Source: Diplonema japonicum (Eukaryota > Protista > Euglenozoa: Diplonemea). From it: 64,000 nt of DNA. Shown here piece after piece: positions 61,717 through 64,000 of this stretch (within the stretch, counting starts at the first letter, position 1; each line of letters opens with the position of its first letter). Below the pieces are notes generated by a model, which worked only from the letters and a program-made list of their open reading frames with translations, had not been told where the DNA came from and did not search any database. A program made the position numbers and the translations under genes. The stretch lies in the NCBI GenBank assembly GCA_964019335.1, contig OZ025655.1, positions 1 to 64,000 on the forward strand. Reading direction: 5' to 3'.

Positions 61717-62212
61717 CTTTGTATCCTGCAAATGAAATGAAACGCCAGTATAACCACAAAAATAAATTACGTAAGGAGACAGGGGGGACAGGGGAGACAG
61801 GGGCTTCTTTTCTTTTTTAATCGGAAAAAAAAGGGGGGGGAACGGGGATTCTGGTGCTTTGTTGCTCGTTGCACCTCCTTACCAGTCTCCTCTGCGGGTC
61901 TGACTTTCCCCGCATACTGGCTTGAAGCAAATGAGCAGGCTATATGCCTGCACACTGCATGTCTTAATAAGCCATCTTGTCTTCTGGTGTGCCCTTTAGA
62001 GACCCTCTCGACCTTGGCTGACTAAAGTTAGTGATAATGCAGCGTAGATATCTTCTCCTTTTTCTGCGTTCTCCTTTACTTTCTCTTTTCCTTACAGTCC
62101 CTCTGCATACTGAAAACTTATCGAACTTCCTTTTACCGGAATAAAATAATAGCTGAACACCATTGAATATGGTCGCTGCTTTCCAAAAGCCTTAGAGCCT
62201 CAGACGGCTTTG

Positions 62213-62238
62213 GTCAAAAGGCCGGACGGCCTTTTGAC
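62213..62238. repeat. Perfect 12-bp inverted repeat GTCAAAAGGCCG-ga-CGGCCTTTTGAC
   Basis: Read directly; extends imperfectly by about 5 bp on each side. Confidence 0.85.
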
Positions 62239-64000
62239 AAGGCAAAAATCGGAATCTTCTGGTTAGACCTTCTGGAAAACCGCGACCACATGTGTACTTC
62301 TTCCTCTTTTCTATTTTCTTCTTTTTGATCCGCTCGCTGATGGCGAACAAAAAAAGGAGGAAAACTGTATTAACAGACGAAGTTACTATTAAAAAATATA
62401 TATGAGTTAAAGGACGTCTTTCACGATGCCCCCCATCCCCCACCTTGCTCTCATTAAAAAGAGGGCTGCGATGCACGAAAAGAAGAGAAGAGAAAATGGC
62501 AAAAAAGAAAAAAAAGCCCACTAAAAAAAACCTCTAAAAGCGAAAGATAACTGCCAATTCCCCCATAGCAAAGAGAAAAAAACAAAGGAGAAGACACGCC
62601 GATTAGAGATAAATTAAAAAGAAAAAAAAATGGGGGTTTGCTTGCAACACTAAGGTGGCGTTAAGTGTGCACCTAAAAAATAAATCCGTATTGCAAGGGG
62701 GGGGATACCTAATCTACCTTCATAGGTTTCGGCAGAATCTTTCTTACTTTAGGGCTCACGCTCTGAACACAATAGACGTGAAGATAGCAGTACGTTGGTG
62801 ACAACTTGTTACATTCTTTTTTTTTGTTTCTTCTTCTTTTTTATATTCGAGATATTACCTTTTGAGAAGATAGAGGAGGCATGGAAGAGGGACACCACAT
62901 AAACAAAAACAAAAAAAAAACATATCGTAGCAAACTTCTCTAACAGCACACATAATAAAAAAAAACTTAAAAAAGGAATAGGCAAGTTTTTCTTTTTTCG
63001 CGTTTGCACAGCGGGCTACATGTCCTGTGACCCGTGGGCTGCCATTCCAAGAATTCCTTTTCTTTTCGATAACTGCAATAACAAGTGTCTCTGTTCATCA
63101 TAAAAAAATAAAATAAAAAAAGCACTCGGGAAGAGGAGAGGAAGAGGGGCGGGGGGACTACCTTCTCTGGCTGCAACATGCAAAGCCTTCCTTTTGCAAA
63201 TAGAGACGGAGGGGTAAAAAAAAACTACTTTAACCTCCTTTGGAATATGGGTGTGTGTGCGCGTGCGTGTGTCCTTCTGTTTCTTAACATATATGGTACA
63301 AGGGGGGGGAGGGGGGAGAAGCAATGGCCACAGCACAGTATGATTACAAGCTGCGGAGCTAATAGTACTTGTTGGTGTAGAGTGACACGCTATATTCCTC
63401 TCCGTTCCTTTCTCTCTTTTCTCGCTCGGAGAAGAAAAAAAAGCCAATGCCCGGACCATTCCCTCTGTAAAAAAAGAGAGAAATAAAAATCCTTATCCTC
63501 ATTCTCCGGGAGGGTGGACGTATTGACCTTTCTTCTTATTTTCTGAGTGGGTGGGGGGTGTGGGAGAAACTAGAATTAAAAACACTAGTAGACCTTTCTT
63601 TCTTTTTTTCTCATTTTACACACGGGCGGCATGGCCCCACTATCCTCTTTCCCTTCTCCAAAAAAAAGGGGGGGGGAAACGCGGCTAATAGCCACAAAAG
63701 TTAGGACTTTTTAAGGGGGGGGAAAATAAATAAAAGGAACTGCCTCACCGATAGTACGCGGAAGGAAAAGAGCAGAGTACAGAGAAGAAGAGAGAAGAGT
63801 GGCAATGGGCTGTCCTTCCTCATCCAGGGATGTACCTCAACTGGAGGGGCTACATAGAGGGAGTCAAATGATTTGCTAACTGATCTTCTTTCTTACTCAC
63901 TATCCCACCTATCATATGTGGATGTTTCACACAGAAACGAGGGGGGAAAAGAATAAGGAATCATAACACTCCTTGAAAAAGGCGCAAGACTCCTCTGCTG

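Noticed and set aside
56300-64000. Phe- or Lys-rich short ORFs in the long spacers; SL RNA, snRNA or tRNA genes
   Set aside because: ORFs are translations of homopolymer tracts; I recognised no SL exon, Sm-site context or cloverleaf by eye (Infernal/tRNAscan not run).

Overview
Eukaryotic nuclear DNA, most likely a euglenozoan protist (diplomonad/ciliate features are absent; a diplonemid-like organism is my inference, not a database result). I reconstruct about 31 protein genes, ALL on the minus strand, forming one uninterrupted directional cluster across the 64 kb. Spacers are pyrimidine-rich on the coding strand and usually end in an AG just before the ATG, as expected for SL trans-splice acceptors. 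Unlike trypanosomatids, the genes carry about 70 tiny GT-AG cis-introns (29-49 nt, mostly starting GTATG); removing them by eye joins the fragmented ORF track into full genes using the standard code. Recognisable genes: THOC3, CK2-beta, IMP4, NOP9, SDHAF4, ACY1, an L-rhamnonate/L-galactonate dehydratase, a CyaB-type GAF-GAF-PAS adenylate cyclase, an STK11IP-like LRR protein, a ~2580-aa inositol 5-phosphatase with a long Trp-Trp repeat array, a degenerate kinesin-FHA-PB1 protein, a PHD-winged helix-BAH protein, a secreted 2OG-Fe(II) oxygenase fused to thioredoxin-like folds, and several hypothetical or hidden small genes. The window starts with (GGTTTGCG)6. No rRNA, tRNA, CRISPR or recognisable transposon was found. 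All gene models are manual and need RNA-seq confirmation.
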